Below are positions 1-13,656 of a DNA stretch of 64,000 nt, piece after piece. Position numbers and translations under genes: made by a program. The stretch spans positions 496,001-560,000 of the forward strand of contig MU008161.1 of assembly GCA_010909165.1 (NCBI GenBank). The letters are read 5' to 3'. The notes beneath the pieces are model-generated. The model did no database searches. It had not been told where the DNA came from and saw nothing but the letters and a program-made list of their open reading frames with translations. The DNA comes from Anthoceros angustus (taxonomy: Eukaryota > Plantae > Anthocerotophyta). The first letter of the stretch is position 1. Every line of letters begins with the position of its first letter.

Positions 1-1384
1 CCAAGCTTCGGGGTGCCTTGAACATTCTGTTTCAGCTCTTCATCACCATTGGGATTTTGATTGCCAACTTGGTGAACTACGGCACGGCCAAGATCGACCC
101 CTGGGGATGGCGCTTGTCCTTCGCAGGAGCCGGCGTGCCGGCTCTTATCCTCGGGATCGGTGGCATCGTCTTGCCTGACACTCCCAACTCCTTGATCGAA
201 AGAGGGAAGGTGGAGGAAGGGAGGCGAGTGCTGAAGAAAGTTCGGGGGACGGACGATGTGGAGGAGGAAATAGCGGAGCTCATCGAAGCCAGTGAAGCAG
301 CGAAGCAGGTACAGCTGGCTCGCAAACATTTGAAGCAAATGCGCATGTCGGTTCATTTTGTCTGAGGCTGTTTGTTTTCTCTCGTCCCTGCCCTGGCCAG
401 GTGACGAATCCATGGAAGAATATCTTGCTGAGAAGGAATCGACCGCAGCTGGTCATCACCGTTCTGTTTCAGCTGTTCCAGCAGATGACTGGGATCAACG
501 CCATCATGTTCTACGCTCCTCCCTTGTTCCAGACGCTTGGCTTCAAGTCGGATGCTGCGCTTTACTCCGCCATCATCACAGGAGTGGTGAACGTGTTTTC
601 AACCGTGGTGTCGGTGGTGAGTGTTGACCGCCTGGGCCGCAGAAAGCTGCTGTTGGAGTCCGGGTTTCAGATGTTCATTTCCATGGTAAGCACATGCTGA
701 AACACATGCTACGCCTTGATATTCCTGCTGTTCCATTTGATACTCGCCGAGTTGGTTGATGGTGAACTGGTGTTGCCTCCCTGTGCTCTGCAGGTGGCTA
801 TCGCTGTCCTCCTTGGTACCGGTATCAAAGATGGGCAATCCCTGCCCCACGGATCAGCCATCGCCGTGGTGCTGTTTATCTGCGTGTTTGTGTCGGGTTT
901 TGCGTGGTCATGGGGCCCCCTGGGTTGGCTTGTGCCATCCGAGATTTTCCCTCTGGAAACCCGATCTGCAGGCCAAAGCATCACAGTCTCCTTCAACCTC
1001 TTCTTCACCGGCGCCATTGCTCAGGCTTTTCTTTCCATGCTGTGCGCCATGAAGTATGGTATTTTCCTCTTCTTTGCGGGGTGGGTTGTGGTGATGACCA
1101 TTTTTGTCTATTGGTTTCTACCTGAGACCAAGGGAGTGCCCATCGATGAGATGAAGTACGTGTGGAGGAAGCACTGGTTCTGGAAGAGAGTCGTCCCCAG
1201 CACCGAAGACTCTGATTTCCCTCTTCCCACCATCAAGGGCGCCCAGAATGGAGACCATAAAAAGGACGGGGAAGTGGAGAATGAGGGCATCAAGAGCCCG
1301 CTTCGCAGCCCGCAGAACGGAGTGAAGAGCGACCAAAAGCAACCGCAACCCCGAACTCAGCTCCCAGCGATCCGTGGGAGGTGA
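1..1384 (+). CDS. STP: Sugar transport protein (STP/MST hexose:H+ symporter), 3' part; exons <1-308, 401-685, 794-1384
   Basis: Motifs [82 protein letters not shown]; GT-AG introns 309-400 and 686-793 join the three ORFs in frame. Confidence 0.95.
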
Positions 1385-1619
1385 CACCTTTTTTCAGGCT
1401 CTGGAAGCTGTACAAAACCCTATTTAATTTTTCATGCGTGATTTTAACTGTGTGAGAGTAGTTTTACAAATAGGTAGCACCCGCGATATGTAGACACAGG
1501 CTTTTGACTAATCTTGGGCTCCGTCAGTCGCAGCGGCTTAGCGAGACTTTGCTGTGAGACGTGTTGCCCCAAGTGTACAATAGAGAACTAATAATCACTC
1601 TTGCAAAGATGCCATAGTA

Positions 1620-2875
1620 CAGTCAGACCCCTCTAATTGGGAACAATTGGGAGTAGCAAAAATCGTCCCATTTAGAGGGGTTCCCGATTAGGCATTTTCA
1701 TCTTTTTTTTGAAAATAAAAATATTTAAAAAAAATCAAAAATCCTTTAAATCAAAAATTCGAAAGAGCTTAAAAGCTTCCAAAAAATCCAAAACAATCCA
1801 AAAAAATCCAAAATGCTCCCTCATACTACATAGCTGCCAACCTAATTCTAGTTTGCCGGGTTAAAATAATCATCAATCCTTGATTGATCTTTGAGTTACT
1901 TTCATCCAATGACTAGCAATATGTTTTTCCAAGCGAGAATGCAACTTCAAAGCATCAAGAGTGTTATGTGGCATCTCTTCCAAAACATCTTCACTATCCT
2001 CATAGCATTATCTGACATCCTTTGTCGACGGTCTTGGCGCTATGGTCTCCACGACGTATCATTCTCCTCACCACCGCTCATTGTGACAGGAGGGATTAAT
2101 GCTTGCCATATTTCGTCCTCTGTAGGAATATCGTAGTCTCAATCCTTCATCCTCCTCAAAGTTCGAGATACTCTTGGTCATCGTTGGATATCCAACATCG
2201 GCAATGGCAGGGTCCAACCATTTGTCTTTGTCATTCACAATCCTAGACAATGCACTTTTGGAAGCTGCTATTGAAAACTTCTATGTTGTCCATCTAGTCA
2301 ACTCCTTAAGTGTGCAAGAGTGTTGGACATAATATTCACAAACCTCTTTCTTTTGTTGCTTTGTTAGGGTAGCATGCTTGCGCGGCGGCCGTTCTTCGGT
2401 TATTCTTTGGCCTTCTCTCTGCACAAGCCTTCTGCTGTTCTTTGGCTATTCTTTGGCCTTTAACACCATAACACAACTTACAACACCATAAGACAACTTT
2501 TACAAATGAAACAACTTATGTACTAGGAACAATGCTTGATCACAAAGCATAGTGTCTGAACTACTACGGATATAGGCCCAATCTCGATGATCTATGTTTT
2601 ATGATATAATCTCGATAGCCTTTAACTTGACATAATCTCAATAACTCATGGTTTAATCTCGATAAGACGATTTCCTCAATTTTTTTAATTTTTTTAAATA
2701 TGTATTTTCCCTTTTACAGAGGTGTATTTGCATTGAATGTTTGGGAGATATGTTCCCATTTACAAATTAGAGGGGTTTCCCATTTAGCATGTAGCACATT
2801 CAAGGGAGTAAGCCCGGGCGTCCCATTTAAAGGGGGTTCCCATTTATAGGGGTCCCAATTAGAGGGGTTTGACTG
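1620..2875 (-). mobile_element. pogo/Tigger-like (Tc1-mariner superfamily) non-autonomous DNA transposon
   Basis: TIRs CAGTCAGACCCCTCTAATTGGGA (1620) and TCCCAATTAGAGGGGTTTGACTG (2875), TA on both sides, subterminal CCCATTTAGAGGGG-like repeats; minus strand ~2400-2070 reads RKHATLTKQQKKEVCEYY...SKSALSRIVNDKDKWL (CENP-B/psq-type HTH) with a stop codon. Confidence 0.85.
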
Positions 2876-3384
2876 TAATCACTCTTGCAAAGTGCATCTC
2901 TATTGTCTTGGCTGAGTTCCAAATTTATGGCATGCTGCATGCTCGTTTGCCGTGGGTTTGTAAGTCATAAGAAGACTTACTGCAACAATACAAATATGTA
3001 CTCCAAGAATTATAGGATAAATTTTCTTTTTGAATGTAATTTTCAATTAAACTATTAAAAAAATATGCTACAAGGTTATAAAAAAGTGTATTATTAAAGT
3101 CCGTGATTCTTGCATCCCTTTCTTTGATCGCAATCAAAGCTTTGTCACACGTTTCAGCTAACCATGTATGACATACCGTAAAGACTTTAGAATACTTTGT
3201 GGTATTTTTCTTTAAATATTTTATATTATAAAATTATTTATAAAATATTCTTGTCATACCAAAAGATCATAACATCATGACTTCCTCGACGCTCGACGGC
3301 TGGCTCACTTATCGATGCAAAAATTCCTAGGAAATCCCTCCTTTAATCTAGGGTTAAGGATTAATGTAGTATCGTGGCCAGTAA

Positions 3385-6300
3385 GCGTTGGCACAACAAC
3401 ATGGTGGCCTCGGGCATGGGTAAGGACTGCCACATCAACACGCACCAACGATGCAAGCGCGCCCACAAGGAGGGCATCGATAAGATGTAAACCGAATGCA
3501 ATCTCATCAACATCTTCAGCAATTGTGCACCCGCCCGCAGCACCTATGTAGACCTCAACTCGAGGTAGGCAATTCTTTGCGTCACCGCAATATTGAATCT
3601 ATGATCCAAAGAAGGATATAGAAGTATATACCGATACGTCAGATATTGCATTTGGAGGAGTGCTCATGTAAGAAAATAGGCTAGTGGTTTACGAGTGAAG
3701 GAAGTTGCATGAACCTAAAAGGAAGTACCCCATTGAAGATGATTGTTGTCAGCAATTGTCTCAAGCTTTGAAGACTTTATCTTCTAAGAAGATCTTTTGT
3801 GCTATACACAAACAATGTAAGCACGAGCTTTTTACTAATCGATTCACGACTAAATCTTTGGACAAGCTAGATGGCAAGATTTCTTAGCAATGTATGATGT
3901 GGCTATCAAGTACAAGCTACGGAAAGAGAGTCTCGTGGCGGATGCTTTAAGTTACACGGAGAGTTTATATTTGATTACTTCTTTTACGCTAAAGAGACCT
4001 AAACTAGCTGCAACATAGATGGTGATTGAGCCAAGGGACACTCACGCGCATATCAAAGAAGCTTATCTGCGAGATCCATTGATACAAGACTAGATCAATG
4101 AAGTCGAGCAACCGCCTACCTTGGCATAAAGAGTTGGTGGCCAAAGAATGTGCGATGTGCATATGTTTTGGGATTGGCTAGCATGTACAAGAGATTTGTA
4201 TCGATGTTTAGTAAGATTCGCCCCATTAAGCGATCTCTTGAGGATCCATCCTGATACATCTACAGAGACAATGAATTCTAGGAAGTCTATCTCTTTCTTA
4301 ACAAAGTCACACTTTGTTATAGCTAAGAACAAAGAATTTGCTCTTAACTTTTCTAACACTTTTCTCAAGTGTTGGACATGCTCTTCTAAGGAAGAACTAC
4401 TAGAAAATGACATTTTGTGATGGCATAGGTGCATTTGAACATGACAGTGTCCAGGCAATCAACAATGGCATAAACATGACTTTGAAGACCAACGTCAACA
4501 AGTTTGAAGGGGTACAGGGTGGCAACAAGCCTAAATGTGTGCCACTGCCTGAAAAGTCTTGTCTCGAGACATTTTTGATGGATTGGAGGTGATAACTATT
4601 GAGGATGGTGTGATACAAACCAACGTAAACATAACTACATACATTGGTAAGGTGTTTGTGCACGATAGCTTTAAGCAGTTTGGTGATCATAATGTAGGTT
4701 CAGCTTCCGGAAATAGGAGACCTTTAAATCAGCATTATGATAAGAATACAAAAGAGAGAATGAAAGTATTCTTGTTGATTTTGTATTACTAAGAATATAA
4801 TAGGTCTATAGAGCATAAAAAGAGAAGAGCGAAAAGGTCGCATATTATTAAGAGAAGATCGAAAAGGTCACGTGAAAAGAGCACTTACTAAGATCATGGC
4901 ATAAGAGAAAAGTCCACAAAAGTGGCAAAAGTCCACAAAGGTGGCACCAAAGATCGAAATGGTTGCATATATAATCAAAGACCACCGCAGATGGCAATAG
5001 GAGACCGAAAAGGTCGCATAACATAAAAATGCACTATAAGTTATAAAGCATATGGTACCATAATTAGGAATTGATCACCCCAATGTAATTAGATAAGATA
5101 TCTTAAAGCAAGATTTGCTAAACCACGACAACAATTAGGCCTTCGTCACCATGAGCAGTCAATGACATAACGAATTGAGTGGCCATGGAAGTTCATCCCC
5201 TTGTATTTCGGGAACACATATCCCTTAGTAAGTATCGCGCCTATAGCTTATGTTGGTGCCACAGCAATGGCGTGATTGAAGATGCTCGCTCGCTTGAAAT
5301 ACTAGGCGAAGGGAGAATGGGGAGTAAAAGCGATGGCGTTGGCACAACAACATGGTGGCCTCGGGCATGGGTAAGGGCGCCACATCAACACGCACCAACG
5401 ATGCAAGCGCCCACAAGGAGGGCATCGATAAGATGTAAACCGAATGCAATCTCATCAACATCTTGACAATTGTGCACCCGCGGCACCTATGTAGACCTCA
5501 ACTCGGGGTAGGCAATTCTTTGCGTCACCGCAATATTGAATCTATGATCCAAAGAAGGATATAGAAGTATATACCGATCGTCGGATATTGCATTTGGAGG
5601 AGTGCTCATGTAAGAAAATAGGCTAGTGGTTTACGAGTGAAGGAAGTTGCATGAACCTAAAAGGAAGTACCCCATTGAAGATGATTGTTGTCAGCAATTG
5701 TCTCAAGCTTTGAAGACTTTATCTTCTAAGAAGATCTTTTGTGCTATACACAAACAATGTAAGCACGAGCTTTTTTACTAATCAGTTACGACTAAATGCT
5801 GGACAAGCTAGATGGCAAGATTTCTTAGCAATGTATGATGTGGCTATCAAGTACAAGCTACGGAAAGAGAGTCTCGTGGCGGATGCTTTAAGTTACACGG
5901 AGAGTTTATATTTGATTACTTCTTTTACGCTAAAGAGACCTAAACTAGCTGCAACATAGATGGTGATTGAGCCAAGGGACACTCACGCGCATATCAAAGA
6001 AGCTTATCTGCGAGATCCATTGATACAAGACTAGATCAATGAAGTCGAGCAACCGCCTACCTTGGCATAAAGAGTTGGCTGCCGCCAAAGAATGTGCACG
6101 ATGTGCATATGTTTTTGGGATTGGCTAGCATGTACAAGAGATTTGTATCGATGTTTAGTAAGATTACTGCCCCATTAACTGATCTCTTGAGGATCCATCC
6201 TGATACATCTACAGAGACAATGAATTCTAGGAAGTCTATCTCTTTCTTAACAAAGTCACACTTTGTTATAGCTAAGAACAAAGAATTTGCTCTTAACTTT

Positions 6301-7289
6301 TCTAACACTTTTCTCAAGTGTTGGACATGCTCTTCTAAGATAGAACTACTAGAAAATGACATTTTGTGATGGCATAGGTGCATTTGAACATGACAGTGTC
6401 CAGGCAATCAACAATGGCATAAACATGACTTTGAAGACCAACGTCAACAAGTTTGAAGGGGTACAGGGTGGCAACAAGCCTAAATGTGTGCCAGCAGCCA
6501 GTGCGAGTGCTGTCTCAGACATTTTTGATGGATTGGAGGTGATAACTATTGAGGATGGTGTGATACAAACCAACGTAAACATAACTACATACATTGGTAA
6601 GGTGTTTGTGCACGATAGCTTTAAGCAGTTTGGTGATCATAATGTAGGTTCAGCTTCTGGAAATAGGAGACCTTTAAATCAGCATTATGATAAGAATACA
6701 AAAAGAGAGAATGAAAGTATTCTTGTTGATTTTGTATTACTAAGAATATAATAGGTCTATAGAGCATAAAAAGAGAAGAACGAAAAGGTCGCATATTATT
6801 AAGAGAAGATCGAAAAGGTCACGTAAGAAAAGAGCACTTACTAAGATCATGGCATAAGAGAAAAAGTCCACAAAAGTGGCAAAAGTCCACAAAGGTGGCA
6901 CCAAAAGATCGAAATGGTTGCATATATAATCAAAGACCACTGCAGATGGCAATAGGAGACCGAAAAGGTCGCATAACATAAAAATGCACTATAAGTTATA
7001 AAGCATATGGTACCATAATTAGGAATTGATCACCCCAATGTAATTAGATAAGATATCTTAAAGCAAGATTTGCTAAACCACGACAACAATTAGGCCTTCG
7101 TCACCATGAACAGGTCAACTGACATAACGAATTGAGTGGCCATGGAAGTTCATCCCCCTTGTATTTCGGGAACACATATCCCTTAGTAAGTATGCTGCCT
7201 ATAGCTTATGTTGGTGCCCTGGCAATGGCAGTGATTGAAGATGCTCGCTCGCTTGAAATACTAGGCGAAGGGAGAATGGGGAGTAAAAA
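3385..7289. mobile_element. Two tandem ~1.95 kb units (3385-5329, 5336-7289) carrying degenerate Ty3/gypsy pol fragments
   Basis: Near-identical direct repeat; + strand ARWQDFLAMYDVAIKYKLRKESLVADALS (RNase H end) and FLGLASMYKRFVSMFSKITAPLTDLL (RT/RNase H junction); - strand LEEHVQHLRKVLEKLRANSLFLAITKCDF (RT core). Confidence 0.8.
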
Positions 7290-7690
7290 CGTGGCGCATG
7301 GCAGAGTGTCCAAAACTGCACCTTTTGTTGCAATTAACGGTTGGACAAGGCTAATAGGGAACTAGGATGGTAGATGTAATATTGCGCATTTCTATGGGAG
7401 GATTCTGACGGCGTACGGTAAGACAACTTGAGAATCGTAGTCTAATGTGCATTCGAGGCCACACGTAATGTGGCGTACTCGAGCATGCATGCATCATGAG
7501 CTTGCAAGTGATAGAACATATGGTATGGCACCTGAAATGCCATTAATATAATACACAAAAAAAAGGCCCCAGATATAATGCAAATGGAACATAAATAAAA
7601 GTAGTAAGAGTGATTAAAAGAGTGTCCTAATAAGCGGAGAGGACACGAGACACATAGGGTGGAATGTCATAGGATCTTTTACATGATGCA

Positions 7691-7764
7691 ATTGATACAC
7701 AAAAATATCCTTACGAAACTATAATATTGATACACAAAAATATCCTTACGAAACTATAATATTG
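7691..7764. repeat. 35-bp tandem duplication
   Basis: ATTGATACACAAAAATATCCTTACGAAACTATAAT twice. Confidence 0.85.
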
Positions 7765-8436
7765 CCGTAAAAAATGACTGACTATCATGTACAGGATCTC
7801 ATATTGGCGCTCGAACGAAGCTCGGGAGAAATGGAATATTCCAATCGTCCATCTGGTCTATGGAGAAATAAAACATCTTAAAACAGAGTGAGGACAAGCC
7901 TGCAGGTTGCATAGGCTCGTCGTTCATACAAAATACAAACCAGGACGAAATTCTCGCCAAAGCAGTAAGACGTAAGAAAGTACGTATTTCCACCCGAGGG
8001 TCGTACACCGAGCCTAGTCATGGGCCACAAACGACCGGCCGAGCCAACTCACAAAGAACGTGGCAAACGGGGGCAGTATAAACACGATGGGCGTGCTCCG
8101 CTTCAGCAATCCGACAGAAAACAGAGGCACTGTTTTAGAGAGCGCTGTCTCCGATTGGTGCTTTACCTCGAATCCTCGATGTACCGCATCAGGTGTGGAA
8201 TTGCGGATTTGGCTTGCTGGCAGCTGCCACCTACAACTCAATCCCTCGACAGCGCTGGTGTCTTGGAGGCGCAAGGAAACGATCCTGTTGTGCATGCTTC
8301 AAAAGCTGAGCAGACGCTTTGGAACAAGTCGTGGAGCTCTCGACTGCTTTGATCCAGCCTTGTCTGGGTTTGTGACTCAGACTGGAAGTAGGTGGGGATC
8401 GGATAGCGAGCAGGCGCCTCGATGAGCTGAAACTGC

Positions 8437-10742
8437 ATGGCTGCCGTGGCGAGCGCGCGATCTGCTGTGGGAGCGTCTGGATTCCCTCAGGCTTCCGGTG
8501 CGGTAACGTTTGCGGCTGGCCGCAGATCTGAGGAGGATGAAGTTGACAAGGCAGTAGTTTCCACCGGCTCGGTGGGCGGTGGATTGGCAGGGGAGAGGAG
8601 GGATGAGGGCTTCTCCAATCTCCAGTACCAGAGCGGCTTCGGGAACCATTTTGCCTCCGAGGCGCTCGTGGGCGCGTTGGTGGTGGGGCAGAACAGCCCG
8701 CTGGTTTGCCCCTACGGCTTGTACGCCGAGCAAATTTCTGGCACTGCCTTCACTGCCCCTCGGAAAGTGAATCAGAGGACGTACGAGGAATTCCTTCCTT
8801 GAAGTTTGTGCGTCAATTTGATGGAAGCGGGAGTCTGATGGTGGCTGAATTTTGCTGGTTATGTGTTGCGCTTTTCGTGTTGTGAAGGTGGCTGTATCGG
8901 ATTAAGCCTTCGGTCACCCACGAGCCGTTTACCCCTCGCTTGCCGGAGCACAAGTATTTGGTGGGGGACTTTAGCGGAGCTTCAGGATACGTGAATCCTA
9001 CTCAGCTGCGCTGGAAGCCTGGTGATTTTCCCGAGGCTCCTACAGATTTCATAGACGGGTTGATTACCGTTTGTGGGGCTGGGAGTCCTGCTCTTCGGCA
9101 TGGTTATGCTGTGCATCTGTAAGTGAAATGATGGCTTTGTGGAGGAGGAATTGGGGGCTTTGTGGAGTTCTTGTTGTTTGACTTGACAATGTGCTGCTCA
9201 GGTACGTGGCTAATAAATCGATGGAGGACTCAGCCTTCGCAAATGCCGATGGTGACTTTCTCATCGTTCCACAACAAGGAAGTAAGGGCCGTGACTCTCT
9301 GTGGCAGGATTGTACGAGATGAAGGCTGAGGCTGTGAGCATGCAAGTCATTGTCATCTGCAGGGTAAGCGCAGTCTTAACAAGCTTGTGTTGCCATCAGG
9401 GCTGTGGATCACGACAGAAGTAGGGAAGCTGGAAGTCCTCCCAGGTGAGGTGGCTGTGATCCAGCAGGGTTTCCGGTTTGCTGTTGACTTGCCTGATGGA
9501 CCCTCCCGAGGCTACATAGTGGATGTGTACAGCGGACACTTCCAGCTGCCAGATCTTGGTCCTATAGGTGAGACCCTTTTTTCTCTGTCCGTCTTGGATT
9601 TCTTGCTAGGCTGTCTCTTGATGCAGCTGGTGAGGACTGGTTTGATTCTTGTGTCACAGGAGCTAATGGACTCGCTCAACCCCGGGACTTTTTGACGCCC
9701 GTAGCTTGGTACGAGGTCAAAACACGTCCAGGGTATAAAGTGGTTCACAAGTTTGGAGGCCTTCTATTCCAAGCTCACCAGGATTTCTCCCCTTTCAATG
9801 TGGTTGCCTGGCATGGAAACTACGCTCCATACAAGGTGATTCTTCCTTGGCATACCTCTGTCTTTCTGTCCAGCGCATTGATCTGGTCGTTCGTTTGACC
9901 TTCAGCGGAAGATTTCTTGTTTGGTCCTGTTCAGTATGACCTCCGTAAGTTCTGTCCCTACAGCACGGCCTTATTCGACCATTCAGATCCTTCCATTCAC
10001 ACAGGTAGCTTGGCAACCTTGTCTCACTTCACTGGCCATCTAAGTCACGTTAAAAGTTAACCGAGGTGCTTCTAACACAACCCATCTCGCTGCCCCTATC
10101 CCAGTCTTGACGGTACCATCAGAGAGGCCAGGAGTGGCTGTCGTCGACTTCGTGGTTTTCCCTCCTCGTTGGTCTGTCGCTGAGCACACCTTTCGTCCAC
10201 CCTACTTTCACCGCAACTGCATGAGCGAGTTCATGGGCCTCATCACAGGAACGTACGAGGTAGTGCTCAGCCTTCTCTACCCAAGGTCCTGCTATCACCC
10301 TAAACTCACAGGCTTCATAACTCTCTTACTCTTTTGTCCCCTGTGGGATTGGCACTGGCGATTGACCAGGGAAAGGCGGAAGGATTTCTCCCAGGAGGTG
10401 CGAGTCTCCACAATTGCATGACCCCACATGGCGTGGACGCAGCAACATACGAGGTGGGCAGACCAGACCATCTTCCAACCTTCACTCACCGCTCGTCCTT
10501 CCTGTTCTCTCCTGAAACCGGAAACCTTCTCATGTCTCGGTTTCCCGCAGAACACCATATCAGGGGGATTGGAGCCCACCAAAATTCAAGAGGACACCCT
10601 GGCCTTCATGTTCGAGTCATCCTTGGTTCCTCGAGTGACACCTTGGGCACTCAACTCCCCAACCCTTGATGTAGATTATTACAAGGGCTGGATTGGACTT
10701 CGGTCCCACTTTGATGCAAGCAGCAAGGAGTTTCTCTCTTAG
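8437..10742 (+). CDS. HGO: Homogentisate 1,2-dioxygenase; exons 8437-8780, 8888-9118, 9202-9281, 9400-9567, 9660-9835, 9935-10004, 10105-10259, 10370-10453, 10551-10742
   Basis: [116 protein letters not shown]; all introns GT-AG and in phase. Confidence 0.96.
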
Positions 10743-11516
10743 GAGTTTCTCATCAAGCTGCTCATCACAGGCCGCTGTAAATAGGCACAAGAAACCGAGA
10801 TCGTGAAGCTCCTTTCTGAGGCCATGCCTTACTGTGATTGGAACAATTTCATGATGTCAGTGCCAAAATTCTTCCCGTCTCCACGCCGTTCTGGTGTTTT
10901 AGAATCGTGACCCTCAAGTTTCGGCGCACAGCTCAAAGAGATCGTGGTTACGCACGTCTGCCTTGGATATTCGAGCCGTCAACGGTAACGGGGTGTGGTT
11001 GCGTTTGTATAAACGGGGCGGGCTGGAAAGAGCGTACGCGTACAGGAGCGCTCCCTCTTCGAAACGAAACGGAACTATATTTGAAGAGGCGGAGAATGAG
11101 CAGGGAGCGGAAGGTGCGTCTGTATATACTGTGAGCGGCTGTTCCGGCTACCATCTTGGGCAGCCCGGTTGCATTTGGGACTACACGGAGAGCCCACTGC
11201 GCGCTGGAAAGGCGGTAGAAGCCATAGCTTCCGGCGGCCGCGATTTTTCCTGAACACGCAACCTCTTTGTCAGTTGTCGCTGTGTTGCACAACGTCCATT
11301 GTCAGTGTTCGCGGCGGGCGTCGTTTTTTCCCAGCTTCACGACCGGATCATGTCGGCTGGAGTGATCGATTGAGAAAGCTCACGCGCCGGGTGAAGGAAA
11401 GGGAGAAGGGAGGCGAGGGAGGTTTTGCAAGGTGGGAGTGTTGCTGCCGCGGCCATAGCGTGGGGAGGACCTTCGTGGCGGCGGCGGGCTCAGCGGCGGC
11501 TGCGGCGGCCTACGCC

Positions 11517-12465
11517 ATGGCTTCCGAGGCGGGCTCAGCCGCCGCCTCGCCGCTGCTGCCGCCGCCGGAGGCGTCCACCTCCCGGCCAAGCTGGATGGCT
11601 TCTGGAGCAGCTTTGCGAAGCGGGCCAAGGCGGTGCTGCTGGAGGACGGGATCCCGGGGCCGGCCTCAGGTCTGCCGTCTCCCCGCCGCAGGGGAATCCG
11701 CGGAAGGAGTCTCCGCTGAAGCCGAAGCCGGAGCGGGAGGAGGATGGGGAGGCGGCCAAGCCTAGGCCGGGGGAGACGGCGGTGTTGCAGAAGGGGCTGG
11801 ACGCCATCGCCTCCTCCCTGGCGCTGCTCGGGGACACCATCGGGTCTGCCATTGAGGACGGGCTGAATCTGGCCAAGGCCGCGGAGTTCCGCACCACGGA
11901 CCGGAAGGCGGCCACGCGGAGCTCGGTGACGAGGAAGTCGCACGAGGTGATCGCGGCGTTGCAGCAGCAGCGGCTGTCCACCATGGGGCTCACCGGGGGG
12001 GAGGCGGGGTTCAGTGCCGAGACGCAGCTCAAGGCGTCGCGGGATGTGGCCATGGCCATGGCGTCCAAGGCCAAGGTGCTGTTCCGGGAGCTCAAGACGG
12101 TGAAAGCGGACCTCACCTTCCTGCGGGAGCGCTGTTCGCAGCTGGAGGAGGAGAACAGGCGGCTGAGGGAGAGCGCCGTCACCGGGGTCAGGGCTGAGGA
12201 AGATGACCTCGTCCGGCTGCAGCTGGAGACGCTGCTGGCGGAGAAGGCCCGCCTCGCGCAGGAGAACGCCAACTACTGCCGAGAGAACCAGTTCCTCAGA
12301 GAAGTTGTGGAGTACCACCAGCTGTCTTTGCAGGATGATCTCCCGCTGGTGGACGACAACGTGGTTGAGGATATCAGTGACGATGACCAACCCGCTGCCG
12401 GAGATGAGTCCAACTTCATCACGCCTCTCAAGGGAATCAGCCACCAGCTGGCTCCTGTTTCCTGA
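11517..12465 (+). CDS. Plant-specific coiled-coil protein of unknown function (ETQLKASRDVAMAMA family); two apparent 1-nt deletions in the 5' part
   Basis: C-terminal ETQLKASRDVAMAMASKAKVLFRELKTVKADL...DDLVRLQLETLLAEKARLAQEN...FLREVVEYHQL; family N-terminal motif GFWSSFAKRAKAVLLED lies in a third frame at ~11582-11650; ATG at 11517. Confidence 0.8.
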
Positions 12466-13656
12466 GCTCACTCCTTCGCCTCAAGATCCTGGGCCTCATC
12501 TCATAGGGATTGCTTAACAACTACATTCTAATTATTTTGCGTGCTCTACTGTTGACACACAGCCATTATTCCAGCCATAGGGAGGTGTGACCGATGTCTG
12601 CCCTCTTGGTTCTTGGTCTCCGATCCGGAGACGTAGTATTGGGAGAGCAGTGTGTGCCAGGATCTTATCCCCCGAGATCTAACTTCACCCCAGTCTTAAG
12701 TCTCATTTGCTCGTTTTGTGTATATGCAAGCCTCTTTGGAAAGTTGAGCGTCTTGGGGGATGAGCTAGTTTCCTTTAGTCTTATGTACATTAATAGCCCC
12801 AATATGACTACTAAACTGAAGAGTGGGAGGAGTTTACTCACTTAGAAGGTGGATGAAGCATTTGATCAATCAAGCAGAGCAGCTAAGAGGAGGTCTTCAG
12901 TATTCTTCTGCATCCAGGTATTTTTTCTGCGCCCCGTGGCTGGCTGGTTACAATTATTGTTGTGTAAAGCATTGTCATGATCAAACTGACATGGTTCTAG
13001 CTGTCTTACTGCAGTAGGACGAAGTCGTCTTCGACGGAAATGCATCGTTCTTGCTGACAAGGAGGTCGAGTCTCAACTGGTTGTATCGAATGCTTCATGG
13101 ATAAAGCTTGGCATCTGGCACGGTTCTTGAAATAAAAACAGCGAGGCAAAAAAGGGCTCCACTCTCCGCTTCCCTCGGATTTATGAAAGGTTTCGTGCGG
13201 TCGGTTTGGACCTCGCCGTTTCTTCACTCTGGTGTCCCGATTCAGAGTCATCTGTCCTACCCGAGCGCGCGTCTCTCATACCTCTCACACCCACGCACAG
13301 CAGATGCGGAATACTCGTGAACGGCGAACCACTTCGAGGAACGAGACAAACGCAACAGACGAACCTTGTACGGTTATGCACAGTATCGCGTTACAGAAGG
13401 AATATACAATACAAGCGGCAGCATCTATTCTTTACCACTAACGCAAATTGCCTGCGGCATTCAGCCATCCTGAAGTAAAACACCGGAAACTGCTGCGCCA
13501 GCAAACAGACAGTGGAACATTTAGCCACACACTCTAAGTCCTAAGAGCGCAAAAGCATCGAGCCCGCGTGTGCCAACACCTCCACGGCAAAGTGTAACAA
13601 CGTCGCCTGAAGGCACTCACAGACTCAGCCACCTAACCTGAACCACAACCCCACAT

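Noticed and set aside
11380-12471. 363-aa and 245-aa minus-strand ORFs
   Set aside because: Antisense shadows of the GC-rich coiled-coil gene
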